Part shown: positions 1-12,528 of the stretch, piece by piece
Layout of the letters: each line of letters starts with the position of its first letter
Numbering within the stretch: position 1 is the first letter of the stretch
Origin: Welwitschia mirabilis
Lineage: Eukaryota
Length of the DNA: 46,901 bases
Assembly: GCA_051453625.1 (NCBI GenBank)
Contig: JBOZIK010000001.1
Coordinates: forward strand, 11,405,124 to 11,452,024
Reading direction: 5' to 3'
Notes under the pieces: generated by a model
What the model saw: the letters and a program-made list of their open reading frames with translations, nothing else
The model's database searches: none
Told to the model about the DNA's origin: nothing
Translations under genes and position numbers: made by a program

Positions 1-410
1 TAAGAGATTTTACAATCTTATTTAGATCGTTTACCCTTTTAGCTAATTTTTCACATTTTAGGTATGGTTCTTGATAGGTAACTTCTAGCTCATCCTGTTC
101 TTTGTCAATCACATCTAAATCATCTCTCTCTAATGTGTTGGGTAAATTCTGTAAGGGGGCATAATTTCCATAAAAGAAAGTCTCCCATCTTCATTATATT
201 TTTAAACTAATCTTGTATTACTTTTTCTTGACTCCTTTTCATTTCCACTATTTGTAATCTATTTGAAAATATATCCACATACTATCCAAAATATATAAAT
301 AAAAGTACAGGTGTCTAAGAAGGGCATATTTGAAAAATTAACAAAGGAATTATTCATTATAGGGTTCTAAAGTATAGATTAGTTAAAATCTAAAGAAAGA
401 TCTAACTTAA

Positions 411-421
411 CTCTGATACTA
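411..421 (-). promoter_or_regulatory. Primer binding site, tRNA-iMet type (TAGTATCAGAG, one mismatch to TGGTATCAGAG)
   Basis: CTCTGATACTA on + lies 2 nt from the LTR terminus at 424. Confidence 0.75.
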
Positions 422-423
422 AT

Positions 424-1971
424 TGATAGGATCAAGAATCCTAGAGGAGGAATGAATAGGTTCTTTTAAAGAATTAACTAAAATCACAATATACTAGAAA
501 CTTGCTCAAAATAATTTGCTAATAAAATTATGCATATAAAGAAAAACTGAAAGAATTTAAACTAACAAAACTGATAGAAAGCACAAAATACTGAAAAGAT
601 GCACACAAGATTTTATAGTGGTTTGGGAAATGCCCTACTCCACTCTCGACGATCAGCTTTTCCCCAAGCTTAATCCGGATCTTTGTTAACTCTTCCAAGT
701 ATTACAGGTTTACCTGTAACCACTATAAATGGACTTTTGTAGGCTAAGTCTCAACCTCTCCAATTGAACTTTTGAAGGCTTAGTCTCAACCTTCAGAGGA
801 TGTAATAGTAATGGTGAGAATGCCTTGATGCATAAATATTACTCATTCTTTAGTATAATGATTTTGGTAGAGCTCTTCTTGTGTAGATAATACCACAATG
901 AATTGCAAAATCTGACTTTGAATGTGCATATACAACAAATAATGAAACTTTCTTGATTAGAAGTATAAATGCCAAGATCCAACAATGAATATCGCAAGAT
1001 TTTAGTCTTTTTATCAAGAGTCAAAAAGATATTCAAAAGTCTAAAAGAGCTAAAAAAGATTCTTTTGTCTTCTCTTTCTTGACTATTTATATTGGAAGGC
1101 TTTTAGGGTTTATCACATCTGAAAATGCACTTTCAATGACTATAAATGACTAGAAAACGATTATTTAATGGATACATAATGGACATAAAATGGATAGAAA
1201 ACTTTAGTTCCAGTTCCGATCGGTTGACCCCTCAAAAGTCTGTCAATGCCATCTGATACTGTGACTTACACAAATCACCGGAGTGAAGTTTTTGGTCACC
1301 CCAGTTTCTTATGGCTCCACGTCTAGTCAACCCCTTATGGTCCGATTGACCCCCATCCAGTCGCCGACAATTTTGTCTAATCACCTACTAGTCTTGATAA
1401 AAAATCATTCCAATTTCCTACATAAGGTCTGGTTGATCCCTTCAGGTGTCCAGTTGACCCCATAATAATTGGATTATGGATATCAGCTGCACAGTACTCA
1501 GGTCTAGTTAACCCCTTTAAAGATCTAGTTGATCCCTTGACAATTGGTTTAGGAGTACTATTCTTAGGTCCATAAATCTAGTCGACCCCATTATAGGTCT
1601 AGTCGACCCCTTGTATTTGGTTAAGGGATATTGGCTCTCGAGATCACAGATCCAATCGAATCCATAAAAATCCAGTCAATCCCTCTGAATTCAGGTCAAT
1701 TCTGAGTATCTGCTCTAGGTGCGGTCGATCCCTTTAAAGTCTGGTTGACCCCTTAAGAGGATAAATGGCATTGACAGGTTTTTAATGATCAGATTTTTAA
1801 CATTCATGGCTTCGTCATCTAAGCTGCAAATGATTAACATCTTCTGCACAAGATATAAAATATTTCCTATACAGAAAGCATTAGTTTGACATCAATTGAC
1901 AAAACATAATCTAACAATTATGGCTCTGTATGTTGGTTTTATAATTCAAAACCTAACATGTAAAAGTAACA
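424..1971 (-). mobile_element. 5' LTR of a Sirevirus-like (SIRE/Maximus, Ty1/copia) element that extends left out of the window
   Basis: The + strand begins TGATAGGATCAAGAATCCTAGAGGAGGAATGAATAGG, the reverse complement of a Sirevirus-type U5 end (CCTATTCA-CCCCC-CTAGG). A PBS lies directly to the left. There is a TATA-like CCAATATAAATAG on - at ~1083-1095 and an array of palindromic motifs. The other end is probably ...AAGTAACA at 1971 (alternative 1958). Confidence 0.8.
1220..1755. repeat. Array of ~14 GTCGACCCC-like motifs in the SIRE LTR, arranged in pairs with a ~73-bp higher-order period
   Basis: Motif pairs 21-22 bp apart at ~1430/1452, 1506/1527, 1580/1601, 1653/1674 and 1723/1743, with further copies at ~1222, 1293, 1325 and 1344. 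Confidence 0.8.
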
Positions 1972-2309
1972 ATACTAGTAAACGTAGTAAATATAAACAA
2001 CATAATAATATATGTAATAAGAGATAATGAGTATAATACAAAGACATAAGATATTAATAAAAAGAGTAAATAAAAACTTAATTAGTTTTTATTAAATTTT
2101 AAAACTCTAAATAAAAAACATAGATGTAATCTAGAAAATATAAAGTACACCCAAAATATCATATCATAAGATAGTATTACAAAATATAGTGAATCACATA
2201 GATTCCACATATGAAAAATGTACATTGACATATGTAAATATTATTAAGTATCATATACATACAAAATACTGATAAAGTTGAGAGTGAAGTAAAAACACTT
2301 TGACTCTAA

Positions 2310-3270
2310 TGCAACATATGTGAGCTAAGGTATAAGAAAATGATATGAAGCAAAAGCTCCACTTTCATCTCTGTCATGATCCTTGTGCTCCACAATGGTC
2401 ATAGAATGCTGAAGACCATGCTAAGCTAATTTTTGATCTTGCTTTAATCCATGTCTATGAGAGAAGAACTAAGTCATAGAATAAGAAGTAGAAGTCAAGC
2501 TACAAATAGAATGAGACTAGTTTTACATCTCATGCTTAATAATATTAAAGTAATCATCAGCCTTAGCTAAGGAGGAACTGGGTAAGGTCTATGATGTTGC
2601 TCATGCTTATAAAATCTCTTTGCCTCTTGAAGTTTTTTAAAATCACTAAAAAAATGAAAAGAATAATGAATATGATCATCCCTACAAGTTTGAAAATGCC
2701 AGTGGATAATAACCTTTCAAATGGTAAAGAATGAAGGGATGGAAAGAGAAAATTGAGAAGAATGAGTATGACAAACATGAGTAAATATAAGATAAGGAAT
2801 AGAAGAAGTATGATCTTGCCTAAATAACTAAAGGATTTGAAATACATTAGGAAATGCATGATAGGTATGTCTAATACCTAACATGTTGAACATAATATAA
2901 TGAGTAAGATGTATATCAAATGGTCCAAAATAATTAACAAAAAAACCATTGCTATAAAGGTTGGAATTAAGGTAATCTAGAATAGGTAATACCCTATTTA
3001 AATAAGCATATGAATTTATCAATTCCTAGCCACTAATATGGAAAAGTATATCTAAGGCATCCATTACGGCTCTAGGGGACTAATAAATAATGTTATCATC
3101 TACAACAGATTCCCCTATGTTTTTATTTTCTTCATAATGAAGGTTTTGGAAAAAGATAGCTATAGTATTACTAGGATAAGAAGCATGATCAAGGTTAACT
3201 AACCAATAACCTTTCTAATCCTTTCATTATCTTTGGGGGAAAAAGTAGTTAACAGCATGGAGCATCTAGC
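2310..3270 (-). pseudogene. Decayed env-like / Athila ORF2-type accessory ORF of element D
   Basis: Hand translation across frameshifts gives WLVNLDHASYPSNTIAIFFQNLHY...ESVVDDNIIISP, then PFDIHLTHYIMFNMLGIRH (ORF 2828-3022) and LPFERLLSTGIFKLVG (ORF 2563-2859). The motif order matches Athila accessory ORFs (YPxLVxxFYxNL ... LPxxxLxTxI). It lies downstream of integrase. Confidence 0.55.
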
Positions 3271-4029
3271 CTTTACAACAAAAATATAAAAGAAAAGGTG
3301 GAGAGGGGTAAAAAGAAGATTAAAAAAATAATTAAAATATAACTCATTACCATTCTATAGGAGATTTACTATTTAATTTCTAAAATCACCATGTGACTCC
3401 ATAGCCAACTTCCAATAAAATGCAAAGTAGAAATAAGATTTAAGGACTAAAAATGAGGTTTTTATAAAGAGATAATCCTATGTTATTCACTATAGGAGCA
3501 CTCTAACATTGGATGACATAAGAATTTGACATTGTAATGCCAAATTTACAAGATTAACATGTAATCGAGGTCTGATTTCTAAACATTTAGTGGGAGGATC
3601 CTTAAAAATAATAGATTAATGTAAAAATTAAGCTTAAAGGGATCCTAAAACCTAGGTAATGGCTAGTTATACCCCCAAATAGGATGAAAACCAGGATTTT
3701 AAGGTGAAAAATATATAGCTTAGTTCAAATTCATTGGATGAAAAATAAAACATAATAATGAAAATAAAAAGTTATTTTTTTTAATTGATAGATTTTGGAA
3801 AAATAACAAGATTAGATCCTCTCTGAATCTTATAACCCTCTTGATGTGATTACATGAAATCCATAACTCTCATTTCATCATTTAAAAGGTGCTAACAATT
3901 TTGAGTCTTACTGAAACAAAAGGCAAGAATAGAAAATAAATTTAGATCTTTTACTTTTTTAGATTGTTTTACATTTACATGAAAAATATGAATCAAAAGA
4001 AATCTTAACTCCATTTAAATTTTGATTAG

Positions 4030-4823
4030 TAAATAATTTGAATGTTGGTCTATTTTCTCTTTGAATTTAACCATTTTTTCAATCTTGAATGTCAACTATT
4101 CTAAAAGGAAATAGATGAATAACATCTAAAGCTTCTTTCCATTTAGATTTTAATTTTCTAATAAACAAATGAAAATGTTAATTAAAAATTAAAATTTTAT
4201 TTTCTACTTGAAAAATTTCCCTAAGAATGATCTAATCATGAGAATATTTCATTTGCTTTTTAGTAAAAACTTGATTATCATAAAAATTTAATCTAATTTT
4301 ATCTAATTTATTTAATTAATTCATTTTATTTTGTCCAATTTTTTCAAGATTAACATGAGCTCTACAAATAACTTCAAAAGTTTGATGTTATATCTCAACA
4401 GGTAGAAAGCATTGTTTACTAAAAATAAGTTTATAAGGGATCATGCTAATGGGTGTTTTATAAGCTATGTAATACGCTCATAATGTATCAAACACTTTTA
4501 AAGACTAATCTTTTCTACTTGCACTAATCATATCCTAAATAATTCAAGTAATCTTGCATTTTTTACTTTCACATAACCATTGGTTTAAGGATGGTAAGCA
4601 TTAGCTCTTGCATGGGTGATTTCACATTTTAGGATAATGTTTCTAAATAGTTTCTCATAGAAATGGGTTTCTTAATTACTAATGATTGCTTTTGAATGAT
4701 CAAAATAATATGTGACTTGATCTTTTAAGATTCTAATAATACTTTTAGCATTATAATCTCTACAAGCTTTGGCTTCTACACATTTTATAATATATTCCAC
4801 ATAAAAAAGTATATAAGCATTAC
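4030..4823 (-). pseudogene. pol: Element D integrase core and C-terminal half (continues from 43456)
   Basis: Translates to NAYILFYVEYIIKCVEAKAC...AIISN*ETHF...AYHP*TNG...AYKTPISMIPYKLIFSKQCFLPVE...KLKSKW, a Ty3/gypsy rve core with stops. Confidence 0.85.
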
Positions 4824-5780
4824 TAATGAGTGGCTTATGTTATAAAATAAATGTAGAAAGTATCACAAAATATTACTAGAAACTATAAACAATGTTGTAA
4901 AAGTATAGAAATTATGCTACTATTAATCTAGAATAAGCACACATCACTAAAATAAAAATACACAAATGCTTGCTAAAGAACTAGTTACAACTTAATCATT
5001 TAGTTCAAAATTCATCATCACAATAGTCTTGTGATGAAGTTACTTGAACTAGTCAGGTTATTTATTAAAACCAAACTACTATGTACATATGATACATCAG
5101 GGAGAAATAGATAAAGCAAAAAACATAACCAAAGTTAAGCAACCTGCTAAATGATACTTATTTCTAAGCCCTAAAATTATCCTAGTTTATGTTCAGCTAT
5201 ACGAATAGGAGTGAGATAGAAGTAATATTACTTTTTTAAGTAATAAAATATGCACAAAATGATATTCAAATTCTTTTCAACTTTTATATTGAAATACTAA
5301 TTATACATAAAGACAAGCTAACAAATGTATTTTCCTTTTCAAGTAACACTATAGAATGTGGAAAAGTGTTATTGGCACCTTTGCAAGTGAGCTGGAGCAC
5401 TTACTTGACCTCTTTGCCTTCTCTATTGCTAGAAGTTATGTACTAAAAAAATTCCCACTTTTGATGATGATTACATTTTTATACCATAGTTAGTTTTTCA
5501 GTTTTCTTTCTTTGCTCCTTAGGAATAGGCAAGCGGTTAATGTTGTTAAGTTGATTCGCTCCTCAACCTTCTCTCTCATCTTCATGCCACTTGGCATCCT
5601 ATACTTGAAATATAATAATGAAATATATATACTAATCTACTAATATATTAATCACTAAGCTATTTATTAGTAGGCATAAATATAGATAAAAACATCTACT
5701 TACTAATTGAAATATAAAGTGGACATAAGGAAAAATACTTCATTAATAAGAAAATTATTACATAAAGTTTAGCTCCATCA
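4824..5780 (-). mobile_element. Family-A LTR copy 1 (left boundary of the ATTAC-flanked insert)
   Basis: Aligns end to end with 42501-43450. Termini are TAATGAG...TCCATCA (TG mutated to TA). ATTAC precedes it at 4819-4823. Confidence 0.9.
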
Positions 5781-6589
5781 ATTATTGTGTAAGGCCTTGG
5801 TTCATAATAATTTAAATTGATTTTGATACGGATATGTATAAAATAATCAATAGCATCAACTTAAATATTTTAACATTTTTTGCAAATAAGTTATTAGTAT
5901 GATAAGTTATTATGTGTTTGATTTTTTAACATGATTGTAAGCTATTTAAAATATGTCAAATATAGAGCATGGTGTATTATGTGTTTTTCAATTTGTTTAG
6001 AATGTGAATAAGAATGTTAACTTCTTATGGCTTATATTAACTAAATGAATTTTATTTACTTTTCACTTTTAAACTTTTATCCTGTAGAATTCTTTTTCTT
6101 CAAAACATTATTTCTTCATTGATAGGATAATGATAAATAAAGAAGTAGATAGGACACATCTTCATAAGTTTCACTAGATTAAAGGTTTATTGCATTAAGT
6201 TTACGTAAAGAGGATATTTTATTATTTGTAGTAGTGTATACTCTTGTATGTGATGATTTCAGTTAATTTTTAATATTACTCTTGAATCTATTTAATCTAA
6301 CTTCTTTGCTTATAAATAGAAAGTTAAAATGTCTTATTTATTCAAGGTCTTAGAATTGTTTAATGGGAAGCTTTTTATCCATGGCATTTAAATTTTGGAT
6401 GCTAATCTTGTAATTACCACTTTCCACACTTATGTTATTGCATTTATTGGATAGAATGTAGCCATCATAATGCAACATAAAATATAAAGTTTCCTTTTCT
6501 TTTGTGTTTGAGAATGCAGCTGATCGAAGTATTACAGTGATTCATATTTAAAGCTATGAATTCACTTAGCTATCATTATTCCATAGGGA

Positions 6590-7924
6590 TGTAGGAGTAA
6601 ACTAATTAAAAGGTACATAAACTTTGACTTATAATAAAGAAATCAAACAAGAGAAAAGAAGAGTTTAAAAGAAAGAAAGTAATCTTCAATTGACAATGCA
6701 AGGGAATAAATTCTCAAAGAATCTAATAATTCGTCCAACTCTCCTCCTTTTCTCCAAAGATTCCTGTAATCTAAAACATACTTACAATTGTCAAGTCATT
6801 AAGGCTTAGTGTGTAGGCATAATCTCATCCACCACATGAGTGTTAGTGAGTTATCTAGCCCTCCTAATTCTTCATAGCCCTTTATAAGCATAGAAAGAAT
6901 AAACCAAAGCACACAAGATCCATTAAACAATAGGAACTATAAATCACAAAAGTAACTTTAAATAACTCATATGGTTGAAAAGAACTTGAAAATTACATAG
7001 CTCATCTAAGGATTGCTAATAACATTTCTAATCATTAATAATAAAAGAATGAAATTATGCATTACCAATAAAAGGGTCTAAACCAATTCTTTATTAAAAC
7101 TAAAAGAAATCATACATTACATCAAATGGAGGAGGTAAAGAAGAAAAACCCCTCAACTAGCTATGGATCATTCTACCCTTAAGAAATAGTGTTAGAGCAC
7201 TATGATGTCTTAGCCTCCAAATTTTTCCCACATTAGGCCAACTAAGGATATTTACAATGGAGCACCAAGGCCATTTTATAGATAATATAAGAAATCTTAA
7301 AGTCTAAGTAATTATTGCATTAGATATCATCTTATGCGTTAGGTAGACAATTACATAAGAGAGGGGTTGCAATGGGCAGTTACTTAAGAAGGAAGTTATA
7401 AACATTTGACAATGCAACCACAAAAAAGATTCCTTTGTCTTCAAGTATAAACATGATGATAATGTATCATCTAACTACTAATAATGCTACCAACAGATGC
7501 CATATTACATTTCTGCCATGTGATTATCCTCATTATTACCATAAGTTGCTATGGCATGTTGACTTGTACTTTCACCATGTATCCAGGGAGGTAAAGATTA
7601 AATCTATTTTTTATCTAATTGAGCCCATAAGTGCAAAACTATTAATTCCCTAAGAAGATCCAATAACATGATTTATTACCCATTCTACCTTAGAAGGCCA
7701 GCAATGCTGCTGGTCTTGGCTAGTAGTGCTGGTGTTATTTTCTAGATTTCTTATATTTTTTTACATGTTTTTTAGAATATAACAATACAGATGCTAATGT
7801 TAGTGGGAAACTTATAATCTCATAAAAACATGATAAAAAGGATAAAAGACATCTTTTTATGATAAATTAAAAAATTAATTGTCTTTTCCAATGTTAAATT
7901 AATCAATTATACTTACTTAGAACA
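6590..7924 (-). mobile_element. Probable 3' LTR of a further, truncated Athila-like element (left boundary uncertain, 6590 or 6691)
   Basis: A PPT with the Athila-type pre-PPT motif (TTGCTAAGGGACTAGTAAAAGATAGTTAGGGGG on -) at 7925-7958 is followed directly by TGTTCTAAG. There is a TATA-like CTATAAAA on - at ~7274-7281. No second copy is present in the window. Confidence 0.45.
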
Positions 7925-8330
7925 CCCCCTAACTATCTTTTACTAGTCCCTTAGCAAAATGTGATGAAGAAATAGTGTTATGAAAAATGTGACTGAGTGA
8001 ATAATAATAAGTAAAAAAATAATATGATATTTTTAAAAAATTTTGATCAATTTGTTAAATAGTTTAAGGCATCCAAAATCAAAAAATTCTATAAAAGCAG
8101 ATACCATACTCCCAACAAAAATTCAACTTTGTTCTCAAAGTTACAAAGAAGGAAAGTTTACAAGGTTTTTGAGAAAAAGTCAATTAGGCTAGTACATTAT
8201 GATGATACAAGTATTTTAGGGAAAATCACANNNNNNNNNNNNNNNNNNNNNNNNNNNNNNNNNNNNNNNNNNNNNNNNNNNNNNNNNNNNNNNNNNNNNN
8301 NNNNNNNNNNNNNNNNNNNNNNNNNNNNNN

Positions 8331-8762
8331 GAATGCAAGAAAGTGCTACTGACACCTTTGCAGGTGAGCTCGAGTTCCCTTACTTGATTTCTTTACCTTA
8401 TCTATTTCTTAAACCTATGTGCCAAAAAGATTCCCATCTTTGGTGGTGATCACGTTTCCATACCCTAGTTAGTTTTTCAATTTTCTTTCTTTACTCCTTA
8501 GGAATAAGGAAGTGGTTGATGTTATTATGTTGAATCACTGCTCAACCTTCTCTCTTATCTTCATGTTACTTGACATCATATACCTAAAATACAATAATGA
8601 AATATATATATATACTAACCTACTAACCTACTAACCACTAATCTATTTATTAGTAGGCATAAAGATAATTTAAAACATCTATTTTTTGATGAAATATATA
8701 ATTAACATAAGAAAAAATACTTTATTAATAAGTAAATTATTACATAAAATTTAGCTTCATCA
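8331..8762 (-). mobile_element. Family-A LTR copy 2 (3' LTR, partial, truncated by the gap at 8231-8330)
   Basis: Aligns with 5354-5780 and ~43033-43450, ends in CTTCATCA and abuts a PPT. Confidence 0.9.
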
Positions 8763-8800
8763 ATTCCTCCAAGCTCAAGTTTTTGTTAGTCCCTTAACAA
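8763..8800 (-). promoter_or_regulatory. Polypurine tract and pre-PPT motif of family A
   Basis: The - strand reads TTGTTAAGGGACTAACAAAAACTTGAGCTTGGAGGAAT immediately before the LTR TGATG. Confidence 0.75.
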
Positions 8801-10260
8801 ATAGAGTATTTATAAAAGATAAAGAGGGAGATTCAAATTGAAATTCCTTAGAAGGGTGATCTCATCGAAGCATGTTCACAATACCAAAAACTTAAAAAAG
8901 TAGAAGCTACAAATTCTTATGCTATAATTTTAGTGCTTCATAAGTGTCCTTACTTCTAATATTCAAAATTAGCACTCTTAATTTTAACATTAACATAAAT
9001 GTGATCATGATCTTCTTGACTTATACATGTTGCTTCATATTCCATAGACCATGAATTTCTTACATAGAATGCATGGATTTTTGTACAAGAATATTTCATT
9101 TATTAGAGTCCTAAAAATCTAACCTGCTTACTTTAGTTTTTTTCACCTCTTTGATTCTTGAAAGATTTGATATTTTCAATAAAATTTATCCATTCATCAT
9201 TCACTCAATCCTTTCTTTATTAATTTTTGCCCCAGAAAGTATCATTTGTAACTATTTGGAGGAGGCAATCATTTCTTTTGATATTATATTTAGCCTTTTC
9301 AAATAGTATTTCTGCTTAGCACTCAATGCAGAACATTTTCTTTAAAGGCTCTTCAGAGTGCTATAGCAGTAATGGTCACTTTCCTTAGAAGGAGGATTAG
9401 ACGAGGATCATTGAGGACCTTGACTAAGATCATTAATCCCCTTGTGATGGTTGATCTTCCTCCTGGAGCTTATTTTGATCTTCCTCTTGAGGTTATCCTT
9501 ATCTTCTTTCTTTCATCTTTGATATTATAGGTTAAAGTTTATTTTGAAACCTTTGTGTAAAGTCATCTTATTATGAATTAAAAAGCATGAAAAGACATGA
9601 TTAAGCATGATAATGTAAGAGAGATGCAAGGATTACAGATCTCAAACCTACTTAATATAGATGCAAATTCATACTTGCATTGCATTAATTCTGCATAATC
9701 AAAAAGTGATTATGATTTGAACCAAATCTAAAATAGATCAAACTAAATATTTTTCATACTTTATTAACATTAAATGAAATTGAATTACTTGTGTGGAGGA
9801 TGTAAGTTTGAGAAATTTGCTGATTCGGAGTTGGTATTGGTGGCACTGATGTGGTTGACACAATGTAAACTAGGCATGACATGGATTTGACAGCATGATA
9901 GGAGTTGTCAAGAATAGAGGAGATTCATTGAGAATGACTTTAAGTGTGGTGAAGAAGAGATACATAGTCATATTTAAGTTGCAACCACTCTCCGTAATAC
10001 TATATTTGACAAGGATTATCGAGAACTCAAGATTTTTCGATGGGGATCATCAAATCCATTGTAGAGGTAATCTAAAGAGTTTAAAGATGGTCCTTGAGAA
10101 CTTAAGAGTTTTCGATAGGATCCCTCGAATTATTAACCTTATTATCGAGAACGCAGTGTAAATGAAAGGCTAAATTTATCACATAGAAGTTATAGAGGAA
10201 ATTTGAGAAGGATCATCAAGAATGAGGTCCTCTTCTTCAAAAGAAAGTTCACAGATTAAG

Positions 10261-10570
10261 TTGGCTTGAAATTTAGTCTAAAGCTTTGGCTTTGGGCTGG
10301 TGTTAGTTAATTTTCAAGACTTGCTAGCCAAAGGTTATGCTTGAAATTCAATTCAAAGTTTCGAATTCAAGTCAGTGTTAGTCTACCAAGAACTTTCATG
10401 TTTTTAATCACAAGAAAAGAAATACTAAGATTGGCTCAAAATTCAATTCAAATTTTTGACTTTGAGTTGGTATCGATCAATCATAATATAACTGTTTAAA
10501 TAAAGGTTTTAAAGGAAGATAAATGGTTTTAGATATGAAAACTGACTCAAATATCTGACTTTAAGTTAAC
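10261..10570. repeat. Degenerate tandem repeats (~80-100 bp spacing) in the 3' region of element A
   Basis: GCTTGAAATT(C/T)A..T..AAA..TT.G..TT...G..GTGTTAG-like units at ~10261, 10339 and 10431, with a partial unit at ~10541. Confidence 0.5.
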
Positions 10571-12342
10571 GTAAGCTTAAAAAACATTCAAGTTTTAAAG
10601 AACTAGCTTAAAATCTTACCTGAATTTTTATCTTTATGTTAGGATCAGTCAGCCAAGTGATCTCCCTTTAGCTTCAAAGTTCACTTTGCAAGGGCATCCT
10701 GCTAGAGAAAAACATTGGTAATTATTATTTATCCTTCTAAAATAAGACAAGAGAAATCATTTTTGAGTTTTTATTATAGCTAAATAATTTTCTTTTGATT
10801 ATAAGACATTTACAAGATTCACAATAATTATTGATGATGCTGTTTTCGAAAGTAAGATTTGGTGGATGCCTATAATAGCATGCAGCTCGAGAAATTCAAA
10901 ATAATCATAAATAGATCTGAAGTTCCAATCTTAGGTTAAATCTTAATCAGCTTGAAATCCCTTGATTTTAAATTTGCTTAAAGATAGATGCTGACACTTG
11001 GCACACTTTAGTTATTAGTAAAAAAAAGTATATCATTTATTTAATTTTTCACTTAAAAATTAAACTCATGTGTACTTGATAACTTACATGAATTACACTT
11101 GTTAGATAAGAGAATAAAGTTGAGATATAAATTGTATCCTTTTCTTTCTTGATCATTTATCGCTTTTTATCTGAGCTTAGGAAATCCCTTTACTAAATTT
11201 ATCTTTACTTTTCATCTCCTTTCTTACTTTAATTTTCATAGCTTACACTCCTCCCTCTTTTCCTACTACTAATTTTGGCATTAAAAAGGTGAAGTAATGC
11301 CTTTTTAACCTGGGTAGTATGTAGATAGATATGTGCATAATTATTGTAAATCCTTAATCTTCTCAGGTTTCCATTAGATCTGAAAATGTAGTCCATCAAT
11401 TCCCATACTATAATTATAATTCAACTGCTGAGGTCTTAGATGCTTTAGATTTCATTATCACTGAAGCTAATAAAGACCGTTTTGGAGGTGGTTTTATTTC
11501 TTTAAGCTTTAATCCACTAGTTCACCACCTAGTGGGTGAGTAAATGAGGTTGAGAACTAAAGAGTTGGATCGGCAGCTTAGTTATAATGAATCAACTTAC
11601 GATATATCTCTGGGTCAGCTAGCTGGGAAAATGTAAGTATTATAAAAGAAAGTTAAATAGCTTCAAGACACTAATCCTGTCCTAAGTCTTGTTGCATTCA
11701 GCTTCAATAAGGAGAATGTATAGAGAATACTATGGGATTTTAAGCCTTATTGAAACTTCTAGATGTCCCACCCAGAAGAAATCAATATGTTAATTTAATC
11801 ACTAGGCAAGATGCATTTACTACCTCTAGGAGAGAATTCCACAGGATCATTATCAATAAACTAGGCATTTCCACTGAAAGAATAAGTTCTCTGACCACTT
11901 TAAGGATTAACTTATTTGAAGGAGTTTGTTTTTTGAAGAGAGTTTTTGTTCCTCCCTCCTTTTTTAATAAATTTCAGGATGTTTATTCAAAACTAGTTGT
12001 TATTATTTTTATTTCTTTTACTATTTTACTTTATCATAAGCACATATGTTCCATTAAAGGAAATTCAAGCTAAACAATTTAGTAAATTTTTAAGACTCTA
12101 TAAATTGATTTTAAAACTTTGAAGTTTCCTTTCAGCTTGAATAAAATTTAATACTTGTACATATTTTTGGATTGAAGGCATTCAGATACACATTTCATCA
12201 TAGATTAAAGTATTCCCTTTTAGTTTCTTTTTTTTTTATTTTTAGTTGTGATAAGATTCTAGCTTTGATAACTAGCTGTGTCTCAAATGACTCCTATACT
12301 ATGACTGTTCCTCCACCTTTTATTTTTCATAACTTAGATTGA

Positions 12343-12528
12343 CCATAATGAGAAGAGTGCAACCATTGTAAGAGGAGTAAAAATACATAAAATATATTAT
12401 CTTTTTTTTTTTAATATCCAGATCATGGCTAACTGACCTATTAGTGGATTTTCCATAGCTATCATATTAAACTGTCTAAAGCCCCTCTCAAGAATATTTG
12501 CCTGATACACTTACAGTAGAACATTATG
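12343..12528 (-). other. Conserved post-pol non-coding block, copy in element A
   Basis: Homologous to 23248-23392 (-) and 33888-34042 (+). Shared words are CTATGGAAA, GGTCAGTTrrCCATG, GGTTGCACT and CTCATyATGG. Confidence 0.75.

Noticed and set aside
1..360. Copia gag N-terminus downstream of the PBS (MPFLDTCTFIYIFW on -)
   Set aside because: The position fits, but the similarity to the PxLDGxNYxxW motif is too weak to call.
1220..1755. Spaced palindromic repeats as a CRISPR-like array
   Set aside because: Eukaryotic LTR context, short degenerate repeats, mutually similar spacers and no cas genes.
4819..5785. LTR1 as a solo LTR with TSD ATTAC/ATTAT
   Set aside because: The interrupted integrase does not resume at 5786. 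It resumes at 43456 after a perfect ATTAC.
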